From IMG/VR virus record IMGVR_UViG_3300028602_000005, positions 178,137 to 242,136 of that record: 64,000 bases of DNA. One strand, written 5' to 3'. The position numbers and the translations under genes were made by a program. The notes beneath the pieces are model-generated. The model ran no database searches. It saw nothing but the letters and a program-made list of their open reading frames with translations, and was not told the origin of the DNA. This document shows positions 29,200 to 38,813 of this stretch, in pieces (the first letter of the stretch is position 1; every line of letters starts with the position of its first letter). The DNA is from a virus. Lineage: Duplodnaviria; Heunggongvirae; Uroviricota; Caudoviricetes.

Positions 29200-31776
29200 T
29201 TAACATTTTTTGTAATCTAGATATTTTTTATTAATTTTAATATCACTATTTTCTTTAATTTCAACTATATTTCCATTAAAAGTAAATTTTATATTTACTT
29301 TTTTATTACTACCTTTTTTCCTATTTTGAATTTTAGGTTTAAAGTTTTTCAATCTTACATAATTTTCATATAAATATATTACTCCAAAAGCTGGCATACT
29401 ATCTCTTTTGAAACTTAAACCATACTTTAATGATGATTTTTTAGTAAGTATTATATATTTATTATAATTATTATCTTTTATGATTATATCACCAATATCT
29501 AGATTATTTTGAGGAAACATATTTACAGCACGATAATTTGGTTTATTTATTTCCGAAAAGTCATTTTCTATCATATATTCATTTTCTGGTAATATAAATT
29601 CAAAATTCTTAAATAAGTTATCATTTATATAATATAATTCTTTATTTTTCGTTATAAATATTTCATTATCTGTTGGTTTTTCATCATAAAAACCTATGAT
29701 TTTATCAATAGTTATTCCATCCTTTTTTATTTCTGTTCCAGATACTAAATCACTTTTATCGCTTTTTGTTTTAATTTTTATAATTTTATCTATTGCTAAA
29801 TTAAAGAAATACTTATTATTGCCTAAATGGTAGTTATAAAAAATCGGAATAGAATTAAACTGTTCATTACCACTACAATAATAAAGAATATTTATTTGTT
29901 CACTAAGAGATTGTATTGAACGTACTTTACCAAATTCAACCTTATCTACGTTTGATAACATAAAATATTCTTCTGTTTTAAAATCAAAATGATCTCCTGT
30001 TAAATTAAATATAAAAATAGAACTTCTATCTTCTGAAAATGATGAAACTAATCTACCTACTGTTCTATTTAGATCAAGAGTACATATTTCTTTAAGAAAA
30101 TAATCATATGATGTTTGATGTCTTAATTCATAAGCTTTAACAAACGTATTCGATACATCAATATATTTTTTAAATCCTTCTTTTTCTATAAATATTTTTT
30201 TATTATCAACTTCTAAATCCACAAGTTTATCATAAAGTAAACAGAAATTATTCGGAGGATTAAATTCTGATATTTCATCATTTAAATTATTTAAATCAAA
30301 CAATTTTTTAAAATCAAATAAACTAATATTTAAAGATTTACTTGGGGAATCCATCATACAAACCATATATTCGCCATTAGGATCAAAACCTAAAAATTTA
30401 AATTTTATTAATAATTCTGGAAAATCAATAAAATATTTAGAATAATTAGCATTGGTTTTAAATTTTAATGTATATTCTTTCTCTTTTTCAAGTGTTAAAG
30501 ATTCTATTTTTAAAGTATCTTCCAATATTAAATGTTTAAAATTTTCTGCTTTTTTAATATTTAAAAATACTCTTGAACCATTAATATTTATAAAAAGAAG
30601 ATCACTACTTATAATTTTAATATTTTCAATTACACCACTCTCATATTTACTATTTTCTTTTTTAAAAGATACTGTATCTCCTATTTTAAATAATTCGTCA
30701 TTAATGGTTATTTCTTTTATAATATTAAGTTTTTTATTTAAAAATTCTAACTCATCTGATTTTGAATTTAAAATTACTTTTATAATATCTGAATTATTAT
30801 TTTCAACATCATTATCCTTTAAATATATTATTGCATTATTATCTTTTTCTATTTCGAAAACTTTATATATTTTTTGATCAATTTCAAAAAGATCATTTAA
30901 TTCAATAAAACCATATTCAGTATAATGATCAAAATGATTTATTTTTTCCTTATTTTTAGATTTTACGTCAGTAAAGAAATTTGAAGGTGCTAAAAATCTC
31001 TTTAAAGATCTTTCATCAAACCCTTTTTGAATATTTGAAAGTTCTATCATTTTTCTTAAACTATAATTATTTACAGGCCAATCAACTTTAAAAATAAAAC
31101 CTGGATCTTTTTTAGTAAAATGCTCCCATGACATAAAACCTAAAATATTTGATTTTTTAGTAAACTTGAAAAATGTTTCTGTTACATCCAGATTAAAAAC
31201 ATTAAAGAAGAAAGAATCGATAATACTTTCTATTTTCATATTATTTTCTATACGACCTATACAAATATTATTATAATCATCATATATATTTGGTAAACAT
31301 GAATTTAATAATGAATCATCTAAACTTGTTAAAGGATTGAGTCTAAAGAAAACTCTCATATCGTAAAATATTTTATTTTGCATAGAAATATATAATATTA
31401 ACCAAGGAAATGAAATAGAAACTCTAGCTGGATCATTAGACTTTAAACTACCATAATCATAAAATCTATTAGAAATATCTATTTCTCCTATTAAATTACT
31501 ATTTTTTAACTGTTGATATTCTCTAAGTAATAAATCAGGTGAAACACTAATTGTTCTTATCATTGGTGGATATTCTAAAACTATATTTTCTAATAAATTG
31601 TAATCTTTACCATAATATCTACAATTTTGCGGTAAAATTCCATCATAAGTAAAATAATCTTTAAAGTTAATTAATAAATCTTTTGTACTAATTAAATTTT
31701 GTGGTTCAGATATTTCTTCAAAATTTAAATTTTTTACACTAAAAGAATATGAATCATCAATAACTATTTTGTCCAT
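29200..31776 (-). CDS. Large protein with an N-terminal prokaryotic E2 (family D-like) domain
   Basis: FPW.I....VFFR..PL.S..D.L....LPNI......ICIG...F....FN.D...W...T..DP.F....W; C-terminal KOW/SH3-like segments (FKIGD.V, LDIGD.I). Confidence 0.65.
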   Translation of the reverse strand: MDKIVIDDSYSFSVKNLNFEEISEPQNLISTKDLLINFKDYFTYDGILPQNCRYYGKDYNLLENIVLEYPPMIRTISVSPDLLLREYQQLKNSNLIGEIDISNRFYDYGSLKSNDPARVSISFPWLILYISMQNKIFYDMRVFFRLNPLTSLDDSLLNSCLPNIYDDYNNICIGRIENNMKIESIIDSFFFNVFNLDVTETFFKFTKKSNILGFMSWEHFTKKDPGFIFKVDWPVNNYSLRKMIELSNIQKGFDERSLKRFLAPSNFFTDVKSKNKEKINHFDHYTEYGFIELNDLFEIDQKIYKVFEIEKDNNAIIYLKDNDVENNNSDIIKVILNSKSDELEFLNKKLNIIKEITINDELFKIGDTVSFKKENSKYESGVIENIKIISSDLLFININGSRVFLNIKKAENFKHLILEDTLKIESLTLEKEKEYTLKFKTNANYSKYFIDFPELLIKFKFLGFDPNGEYMVCMMDSPSKSLNISLFDFKKLFDLNNLNDEISEFNPPNNFCLLYDKLVDLEVDNKKIFIEKEGFKKYIDVSNTFVKAYELRHQTSYDYFLKEICTLDLNRTVGRLVSSFSEDRSSIFIFNLTGDHFDFKTEEYFMLSNVDKVEFGKVRSIQSLSEQINILYYCSGNEQFNSIPIFYNYHLGNNKYFFNLAIDKIIKIKTKSDKSDLVSGTEIKKDGITIDKIIGFYDEKPTDNEIFITKNKELYYINDNLFKNFEFILPENEYMIENDFSEINKPNYRAVNMFPQNNLDIGDIIIKDNNYNKYIILTKKSSLKYGLSFKRDSMPAFGVIYLYENYVRLKNFKPKIQNRKKGSNKKVNIKFTFNGNIVEIKENSDIKINKKYLDYKKC

Positions 31777-31779
31777 TTT

Positions 31780-32133
31780 TCACCTTTCATATTTATCTTT
31801 AAAATAATTTAAAATAACTTTATTTAAATCAGAAAAGAATGAATTAATATCTTTATTTATATTTTCATCTAAAAAGCAAGCAAGTTCAATTATTGATATA
31901 GTTTTGTCTAAACCTTCAAAAAATTCTTCTTCCTTTCGATTTTTATCTTTTTTTAATAATATAGTTTCGGAATCAATACAATTTATATTTAAAGATAATG
32001 TTTTATCTAAATTATTTGGGAATTTTAAACCTGTTATTTTAAGTATTTCACTGTTTAAATTGTTTTTTAAACATATTTCTCCTTTTGGGGTATCAGTTTC
32101 TAAATAACCCAATATATTCTTCCTGATAACCAC
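31780..32133 (-). CDS. Hypothetical protein
   Basis: 117 aa, AAGGA RBS. Confidence 0.6.
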   Translation of the reverse strand: MVIRKNILGYLETDTPKGEICLKNNLNSEILKITGLKFPNNLDKTLSLNINCIDSETILLKKDKNRKEEEFFEGLDKTISIIELACFLDENINKDINSFFSDLNKVILNYFKDKYER

Positions 32134-32149
32134 GAATAAATCCTTTCAT

Positions 32150-33223
32150 TTAATTTTTATGTAATAGATCTAATAATAAATCATCTATCATTTCATCATT
32201 TTCATTTAATATTTTAGAATGAATCATGCAAGTCCAATTACATTTTTCACATAGTTTATTTTTATCTTCTTTAAAAGAATTTTTTAAATTTAAATTTAAT
32301 GTTCCTGTTTTATCAAGTAAATTTTTTATATTGAATTTCTTAGGGGTGTCAATACCCATTATTCTTAAACATAATCTTATACTACCATCAGAATCAATTG
32401 TAATATTATGAACTTCTTCATCTATTTTACAATCATTATTTGATGGAAGATGTTTGAATATTATTGGAAGAAAATCATCTCTCATATTGATGGATAAATT
32501 TTCTTCCATCATTTTTTCAAAAATTTCACAAAGTTCTGAACTTTTAAATACCATATTATCATATGATGTAATATTTGAAAAATCATAAAAGTTATTTTTA
32601 GATATATCTAAAAATGTTATATCACTATTTATCCCAATTCTAGTTAAAATTTTAACTAATGGGTATAAATATGATAAAGATTCCTTTGTAACCGTTATCT
32701 CTGCAACCAAATCATCAATATATCCAACATATTCAGATATATTAAAAAATCCTTCCAAACTTTTTTTAAAAATATCTTCATCATATATTTTATCACTTAA
32801 AATTATTGGATCTATTGAAACTGTTAAACTTTTTAAATAACTGATATTATTTAATAGTTCTTTGAATTTACTTTTTATTTCCCCAGAATAATTTGTTATG
32901 AGTGTATAATTTATATCATTATCATTACAGTAGTTTATAATTTTTGCCAAATCATCTCTCAGTAATGGTTCACCACCGTAGAAAATGTGAAATATATCGG
33001 GATTATGTCTTTTAAATAGATATAAGGTTGAAATGATATCTTCTGTTGAAATTTCATTTTTGTAAAAATAAGATAAATCTTTATATTCATTAGGTTTATT
33101 AACGTAATTTTTAGATATCCTACAATATGAACAATTCATGTTACATCTTCTCGTCAATAACCAGTTGACTATATGAATTTTATCCAAAATAAACCCCCTT
33201 TTCAAATATTCAATAGAAAACAA
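32150..33223 (-). CDS. Radical SAM protein with a C-terminal auxiliary Fe-S (SPASM/twitch-like) region
   Basis: CNMNCSYC, YGGEPLLR, C...I..DG.I..C, CEKCNWTC. Confidence 0.88.
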   Translation of the reverse strand: MFSIEYLKRGFILDKIHIVNWLLTRRCNMNCSYCRISKNYVNKPNEYKDLSYFYKNEISTEDIISTLYLFKRHNPDIFHIFYGGEPLLRDDLAKIINYCNDNDINYTLITNYSGEIKSKFKELLNNISYLKSLTVSIDPIILSDKIYDEDIFKKSLEGFFNISEYVGYIDDLVAEITVTKESLSYLYPLVKILTRIGINSDITFLDISKNNFYDFSNITSYDNMVFKSSELCEIFEKMMEENLSINMRDDFLPIIFKHLPSNNDCKIDEEVHNITIDSDGSIRLCLRIMGIDTPKKFNIKNLLDKTGTLNLNLKNSFKEDKNKLCEKCNWTCMIHSKILNENDEMIDDLLLDLLHKN

Positions 33224-33227
33224 TCAT

Positions 33228-33554
33228 TTACTTATTTTTTTTTATTAAACTATTAATATTTGATACATTTGGTTTTGGAATAAATAGTTTTCCAAATTTT
33301 TCCTGGAACTCTGAAGCAACATTACCTTTTACATTTCCAGAAATAGCCAAAATTTTATCAATATAAATTTTTGATTTCTCTTCAATCATAGGGGTTGGAA
33401 TAAGTTGAAAACCAAATGCTTTCTTTTCATGATCAATACCAGTCTGGAGAAAACATAAATTTTCCACTTCATAATACTTTTCTTCCTTATTTTCAGAAAT
33501 AAGGTCAAAAATCATAAATGCACCATTATCAAGCATTACTACATTAATATTCAT
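33228..33554 (-). CDS. Hypothetical protein
   Basis: 108 aa, beta-rich. Confidence 0.6.
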   Translation of the reverse strand: MNINVVMLDNGAFMIFDLISENKEEKYYEVENLCFLQTGIDHEKKAFGFQLIPTPMIEEKSKIYIDKILAISGNVKGNVASEFQEKFGKLFIPKPNVSNINSLIKKNK

Positions 33555-33566
33555 TTTTTAATCCTT

Positions 33567-35771
33567 TCATATAGCCAAATTATAAACAAAATCAAATTCT
33601 AAAATATTTCCTACATCCTTATTATGTGAAATTACATTTATTCCTTTATTTTTTGATAATTCTTTCAATAATATAGAAACATACTCAATATTCTTTTCAT
33701 CTAAACTATCAAATATCTCATCTAACATTATAATATTCATACCCATGTCTTGAATTTTTGATTGTAAGTCAGATAATGTAAATATTGTGGCAATATCTAT
33801 GAGCCTAGTCTGACCACCTGAAAGTGTTTTATAATTAGTATTTTTTGTTTTTGTATCTAATACATGTATTGTTATTTTGTCTTTAAATTCTCCGCTTTTA
33901 TTTGCAGACAATGTATCAAAAGATACTAAATATCTTCCACCAAGTTTATTGAGATATTTTTTTATAGAAGAATTCATAAAAGGAATAGATTCATCAATCA
34001 ACATTGAAGGAATACTTTTTCCTGTCATTGAAAAACCATTTTTCCAAAACATATTTATTTTTAATTTTTTTTCTTTTTCCAATAATGCTTTATTTAGTTT
34101 TTCAATATATATTTTTTTTTCTTCTATTTCTTTTTTAGAATTATTTAAAATAGATTCATCAAATTTAGATTCTTCTTGAATCAGTAATCTATCTTCATAT
34201 TGAGAAATCCATTTTATAATACTTTCTAATTTATTTTTTATTTCATCTCTTTCTTTTATTTTCAAATTTAATTTAATAAATTTTTCTTCCAATTTATTTT
34301 TTTCATTATTTAAGTCATTTATTTTTTGAGAGTCTTCAATTTCTATATTAGATATTTTATTACTTAATAAATTCTTTAATTTAGAAACAGCATCTGTATA
34401 TGATTTACTTAATTGTGCTTCTTCTAATAATTTTTTATCGTTAACTATTTTTTTCTTTTCATCAAAATCTTTCTTTATTTTAGATGATTCTAATTTTATT
34501 TTCTGTAGTTCTTCTATCAGTACCTTTGATTTTTCCTCAAGTGATTCTTTACTTTTTTCACTTTCTGAAATTATATTTTTTTTATCTGATAGAATAATTT
34601 TTAGATTTTCAACATTTTCTTTTCCCACAATTTGTTTACATGCAAAACAAATAATTATTTCTTTATTTAAACTTTCTTCTAATTCTGTAATTTCTTTTTT
34701 AATATCTTTAATCTTTTTATCTAAATTATCTGATGATTTATTAATTAAAGATAATTTATTTTTAAGTGTGGAAAAATTATTATTTAAATCTAATAATTTT
34801 TCATTTTCTTCTTTATTTAAAGAATTTAATTCATCATTTTTTTCCATTTTAATAGAATTTATGCTTTGATTATATTTATTATCAAATTCAGATTTTTTCT
34901 CATTAAATTTATGGCGAATCTCATTCTTTTTATTTTCGATTTCATATTTTAAATTATCAAACTTTGATGATATTTCCTGAATTTTTAACTTCAGATCTAA
35001 ATGATCATTTTCTTCTATATTAAATGAATTAAAAAGTTTTTCAGTATTTATTCTATCAAAATTAAATTCTTTAATTTTCTTTTTTATTTCTAAAATATTA
35101 TTTTTTTTATTTTTTTCAAATTCATCTTTTTTTTGAATTGAATTTTTAAGATTATCTTCAATATATTGAAGGACTTTTTTAGATTCATTTAAATCTATAT
35201 TTATATCGTTTATTTCTTTTTCTATTTTTTTTAATCTAGAATCTGATTCCTTATAATAAAACAGATATGAATCTAATTGAATGACTTTTCTAAAAATCTC
35301 TCTTTGTTCGGAATTTTTTAATCCTGTGAAAAAATCTTTTACCTTTTGACCGAATGAAACAGTATTTCCAAATAATTTAAACGGTATTATTAATCTCTCT
35401 ATTTCAGCTTTTATTTCATTAAAACCTTTTTTTATTACTTTATTATCGTTTAAATTAATTAAAAAGCATTCATCCTTAAATTTTTTATGTTTATAATATC
35501 TTTCAGTTCTATAAAAAACATCATTTATTTTAAATGTTGTAAAAACATAACAATCTTTTGGATCTTCTTCATTGGCCAAATCTGATATTCTTTCTCCTTC
35601 AGGAGTCATACCATATAAACCTAATGGTAATGCTTTAAAAATGCTTGTTTTTCCATTACCATTAGGTCCATATATTAAAGTTAGAGAGTTATTAATAAAA
35701 TTGAATTTGAATGGTTCTTTAAAACAACAATATTTATCAAATTCAACTTCTATAAAATCTATTGTGTTCAA
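33567..35771 (-). CDS. sbcC: SbcC/Rad50-like recombination ATPase (T4 gp46-like)
   Basis: GPNGNGKTS, coiled coil, zinc hook CFAC, LSGGQ, LDEIFD.LD, ISH. Confidence 0.92.
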   Translation of the reverse strand: MNTIDFIEVEFDKYCCFKEPFKFNFINNSLTLIYGPNGNGKTSIFKALPLGLYGMTPEGERISDLANEEDPKDCYVFTTFKINDVFYRTERYYKHKKFKDECFLINLNDNKVIKKGFNEIKAEIERLIIPFKLFGNTVSFGQKVKDFFTGLKNSEQREIFRKVIQLDSYLFYYKESDSRLKKIEKEINDINIDLNESKKVLQYIEDNLKNSIQKKDEFEKNKKNNILEIKKKIKEFNFDRINTEKLFNSFNIEENDHLDLKLKIQEISSKFDNLKYEIENKKNEIRHKFNEKKSEFDNKYNQSINSIKMEKNDELNSLNKEENEKLLDLNNNFSTLKNKLSLINKSSDNLDKKIKDIKKEITELEESLNKEIIICFACKQIVGKENVENLKIILSDKKNIISESEKSKESLEEKSKVLIEELQKIKLESSKIKKDFDEKKKIVNDKKLLEEAQLSKSYTDAVSKLKNLLSNKISNIEIEDSQKINDLNNEKNKLEEKFIKLNLKIKERDEIKNKLESIIKWISQYEDRLLIQEESKFDESILNNSKKEIEEKKIYIEKLNKALLEKEKKLKINMFWKNGFSMTGKSIPSMLIDESIPFMNSSIKKYLNKLGGRYLVSFDTLSANKSGEFKDKITIHVLDTKTKNTNYKTLSGGQTRLIDIATIFTLSDLQSKIQDMGMNIIMLDEIFDSLDEKNIEYVSILLKELSKNKGINVISHNKDVGNILEFDFVYNLAI

Positions 35772-35784
35772 ATTTTATCCCTTT

Positions 35785-36177
35785 CTAAAATGCATCATTT
35801 ATTGTCGCTACCGAAAATCCTTTTTCAAATAAAATTTGTCTCAATTGCTTGACATTAAATTCATCATATTCTTCCATAATCACAGCATAAAATTCTTTAT
35901 CTGGATCATAAGTTGGCTTAGTTTTATCTGGAAGACATTCTTTAAAATCATTCCATGAATTCAAAGGAATAAAGTTTTTTGTTAATAAAACAGGGGTACA
36001 TTCACTATCCACTAATGCAATACAAGCTTCAGACTCACCGAAATATAAAATTCCATTCTCATCTAAATATGTATCTTTATCTAGATTATCTTTTACATCT
36101 TCAAAGAAGTCTTTATCAAAATCTCTTGGTGGAATTAATAACCAATCATTTTCAATCACTTTTTCTAACAGATTCAT
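35785..36177 (-). CDS. Hypothetical protein
   Basis: 130 aa, AAGGA RBS. Confidence 0.65.
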   Translation of the reverse strand: MNLLEKVIENDWLLIPPRDFDKDFFEDVKDNLDKDTYLDENGILYFGESEACIALVDSECTPVLLTKNFIPLNSWNDFKECLPDKTKPTYDPDKEFYAVIMEEYDEFNVKQLRQILFEKGFSVATINDAF

Positions 36178-36205
36178 TTTTTTCCTTTCTTTTCTTTAAA
36201 ATAAT

Positions 36206-36280
36206 TGGTACTCCTGTAGAGAATTGAACTCTAATTTTAAGATTGAAGGTCTTACGTCCTAACCGTTAGACGACAGGAGC
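36206..36280 (-). tRNA. tRNA-Glu(UUC), C33 variant
   Basis: Cloverleaf, anticodon arm TAAGA-CCTTCAA-TCTTA, encoded CCA. Confidence 0.85.
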
Positions 36281-36289
36281 ATTTGTTTT

Positions 36290-37171
36290 TTAAATAATTT
36301 TTATTTGTGTTTCTTCTACAAATAGAATTGGATATATAGGATGTATTATTTTCTTCTTTTTAAGAGATATTTCATTAAATCTATAATTTATATTAAAAAA
36401 TACATCACCTAAATCTTTAAATTTATATTTATCGAAATAATATTCCATTCTACCATCTATTTCTGATTTTATAATATCTAAATTAAAATAATTATCTGAC
36501 TTTAAAATTCTACAAAGTTCAACAGTTTCCCAAGTATATCCTAATTCTCCCCAATCAGATTGACCCTTAAACAAATCAGCAGATGGTTCTTGAAATATTA
36601 AAGTATCATCAAGTCCAAATTTTTTACCTAATAATTTAATATTTCTTTTTGAAATAGCTTTTAAAAGATTAAAATGACCTAAACCATCACCAAACATTGT
36701 ATAATATCCGATAAAATCTTCATCGGCATTGGATGTACTTACAACTAAAGCATTATATCTTCCAGCAATATTATTTAAATTAAAAGCAATTAATCTCGAT
36801 AAAATATTTCCATTATGAAATTTAACCTCATCATTTGTATAATTTAATAATTTATCCAATGTATGCATTCTATTGATAATTTCATTGAAATTATTACTAA
36901 CATTTAAACTTATAAGGTTATAATTACTATTCTCAAAAAATTTTTCTACTAAAACTTTTTTATTTGAATTAAAATCAGTCTCGATAAATACTGGAATAAT
37001 ATCAATTTTAAAATGTTTATTTAAATTATCAAGAATTGAAAATGTTACAAGTGAATCAATTCCACCAGATATTCCTAAGACAATTTTTCTTCCCATTAAA
37101 TTTTCTTTTTTAAACATTTTAAAAACACAATCCATATAAAATTCGTAATCAAAATTAGGGAAAACTATCAT
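36290..37171 (-). CDS. nadE: NH3-dependent NAD+ synthetase
   Basis: GISGGIDS, N..SR, TSN..E...GY.T.FGDG, PSADL..GQ.D..ELG. Confidence 0.88.
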   Translation of the reverse strand: MIVFPNFDYEFYMDCVFKMFKKENLMGRKIVLGISGGIDSLVTFSILDNLNKHFKIDIIPVFIETDFNSNKKVLVEKFFENSNYNLISLNVSNNFNEIINRMHTLDKLLNYTNDEVKFHNGNILSRLIAFNLNNIAGRYNALVVSTSNADEDFIGYYTMFGDGLGHFNLLKAISKRNIKLLGKKFGLDDTLIFQEPSADLFKGQSDWGELGYTWETVELCRILKSDNYFNLDIIKSEIDGRMEYYFDKYKFKDLGDVFFNINYRFNEISLKKKKIIHPIYPILFVEETQIKII

Positions 37172-37204
37172 TTTTTAAAACCTTTCTTTTTTTATAAATA
37201 AATA

Positions 37205-37281
37205 TGGCTGTGGGGGTGGGGATCGAACCCACGAATCTCCTGATTAACAGTCAGGTGCTCTACCTACTGAGCTACCCCACA
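37205..37281 (-). tRNA. tRNA-Asn(GUU)
   Basis: CCTGA-CTGTTAA-TCAGG arm, TTCGA, CCA. Confidence 0.93.
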
Positions 37282-37290
37282 GTAAAATTT

Positions 37291-37692
37291 TTAAGAATCT
37301 AGTTTTTTTGCCACACGAATAATATTCTGTTTTTTATTTATTTTTTTACTCTTTAATAGATTTTCTTTGGAAAAAATCATTTCTATTATTTCAATTGCAT
37401 GATCCAAGCTATCCCATATCATATCTTGTGAAATTTTAAAATCTATTGATATATCATCTATATAATTATTTTCCAAAAGATCTTCTTCACAGAAAGATCC
37501 TCTTGTGTCTAAAAAGAACATAATAATACCAGTCATAGTAAAAATATAAAAATCTTCTTTAGATGAAATAATAATATTATTTTTTATCATATATTTATTA
37601 ACATCTGTAAGAGATTTAGAAAGACCTTCTTTATATGTTTCAATAAAAGATTTTCCATTATCAATAATTTCGTATGTATTAAAAAGTGTCAT
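37291..37692 (-). CDS. Hypothetical protein
   Basis: Likely start MTLFN just after the upstream stop, with GGAG RBS. Confidence 0.6.
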   Translation of the reverse strand: MTLFNTYEIIDNGKSFIETYKEGLSKSLTDVNKYMIKNNIIISSKEDFYIFTMTGIIMFFLDTRGSFCEEDLLENNYIDDISIDFKISQDMIWDSLDHAIEIIEMIFSKENLLKSKKINKKQNIIRVAKKLDS

Positions 37693-37693
37693 A

Positions 37694-38218
37694 TCATCTT
37701 CTCCATTCCATTGTTTGACACATATCATTCTTTGTATCTTTATTTTTTGAATATTTTAATTCAACTGATTCTTTAATATTTTTATCTTTAATTTCTTCTG
37801 CATTTTCCATTCGAATTTTAGTATCTACCCTTTTATTTAATTCTTTTTTTATCTTTTCGAATAATTCTAAATTTATTCTTTCAAAATGAAATTCTTCTTC
37901 AGATGGTTTAAATTTAAATGATAAATATATATTTCCTTTGTATTCTAAAATTTCATTATATAATAATATTGTATCATTACCTTCAATATATTTTTCATAA
38001 TTCTCATTATTTATAGTAATAGTTACATTTTGAATTAATAATGATTTATCAATATTACTCAAATTTACTATCCTACCATCAGTTTTATCATCTAAAGTTA
38101 TATTCTCTATTTTATATGTATTTTTAAATATTAATAAAAAATCCATTGTTGGTGGCATACATGAAGATATCAAAAATAAACATATCAAAATAATTGAAGT
38201 TTGAAGAAATTTTAACAT
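37694..38218 (-). CDS. Putative lipoprotein
   Basis: Signal peptide ending in a lipobox-like ISSC. Confidence 0.55.
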   Translation of the reverse strand: MLKFLQTSIILICLFLISSCMPPTMDFLLIFKNTYKIENITLDDKTDGRIVNLSNIDKSLLIQNVTITINNENYEKYIEGNDTILLYNEILEYKGNIYLSFKFKPSEEEFHFERINLELFEKIKKELNKRVDTKIRMENAEEIKDKNIKESVELKYSKNKDTKNDMCQTMEWRR

Positions 38219-38248
38219 TTTTTAATCCTTTCTATTAATTTTTTAAAA

Positions 38249-38325
38249 TGGCGGGACCAACGGGATTCTAACCCGTAGCCTCATGGTTGACAGCCATGCG
38301 TTCTAACCATTAGAACTATGGCCCC
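38249..38325 (-). tRNA. tRNA-Asp(GUC)
   Basis: CATGG-CTGTCAA-CCATG arm, CCA; atypical T-loop TTAGAAT. Confidence 0.88.
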
Positions 38326-38337
38326 GTATTTTTTAAT

Positions 38338-38784
38338 TTATTCATATAAATCACTTCTAAGTTCATTAAAAAGATCATTATCACTCAAAGGAACTATATC
38401 TGAAAATGAATCATGAATAAATAAATCTAGTATTTTCAATATACATGTCAAAGAATTTTTAAAATACAATTTATACCAAGTTAATTGACATCTTATTAAT
38501 ATATATGGTGATTCAGTTTCAGATTTATCGTCAATGTTTATTCCGATTAAAGGATCGTAAATTGCATCTATTTTTTTTGTAAAATGTCCTTTACCAATTC
38601 CCAATAAATACAATCTTTTATGATCCGATTCTCTAGGTCCGATCATCCAAATATCAGGTATATTATTAATTGTTTCTGAATCAGGTGCTTCTTTTACAAT
38701 TAAACCCTTAATATTTTTAATCGAATCTTCTATCCAAGGAGCTTCAGTAAATTCTCCATAAAACTGTTCAGATATATCTTTCAT
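38338..38784 (-). CDS. Hypothetical protein
   Basis: 148 aa, AGGTG RBS. Confidence 0.65.
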   Translation of the reverse strand: MKDISEQFYGEFTEAPWIEDSIKNIKGLIVKEAPDSETINNIPDIWMIGPRESDHKRLYLLGIGKGHFTKKIDAIYDPLIGINIDDKSETESPYILIRCQLTWYKLYFKNSLTCILKILDLFIHDSFSDIVPLSDNDLFNELRSDLYE

Positions 38785-38813
38785 TTTAATTCACCTTTAA
38801 CTATTTTCATCAA

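Noticed and set aside
36206-36280. Reading the CCUUCAA loop as a UCA opal suppressor
   Set aside because: The 5-bp stem fixes UUC at positions 34-36; a shifted UCA appears in any tRNA-Glu with A37.
36290-37171. QueC to complete the preQ0 pathway
   Set aside because: It shares SGGxDS but has NadE-specific motifs and lacks the C-terminal Cys zinc cluster of QueC.
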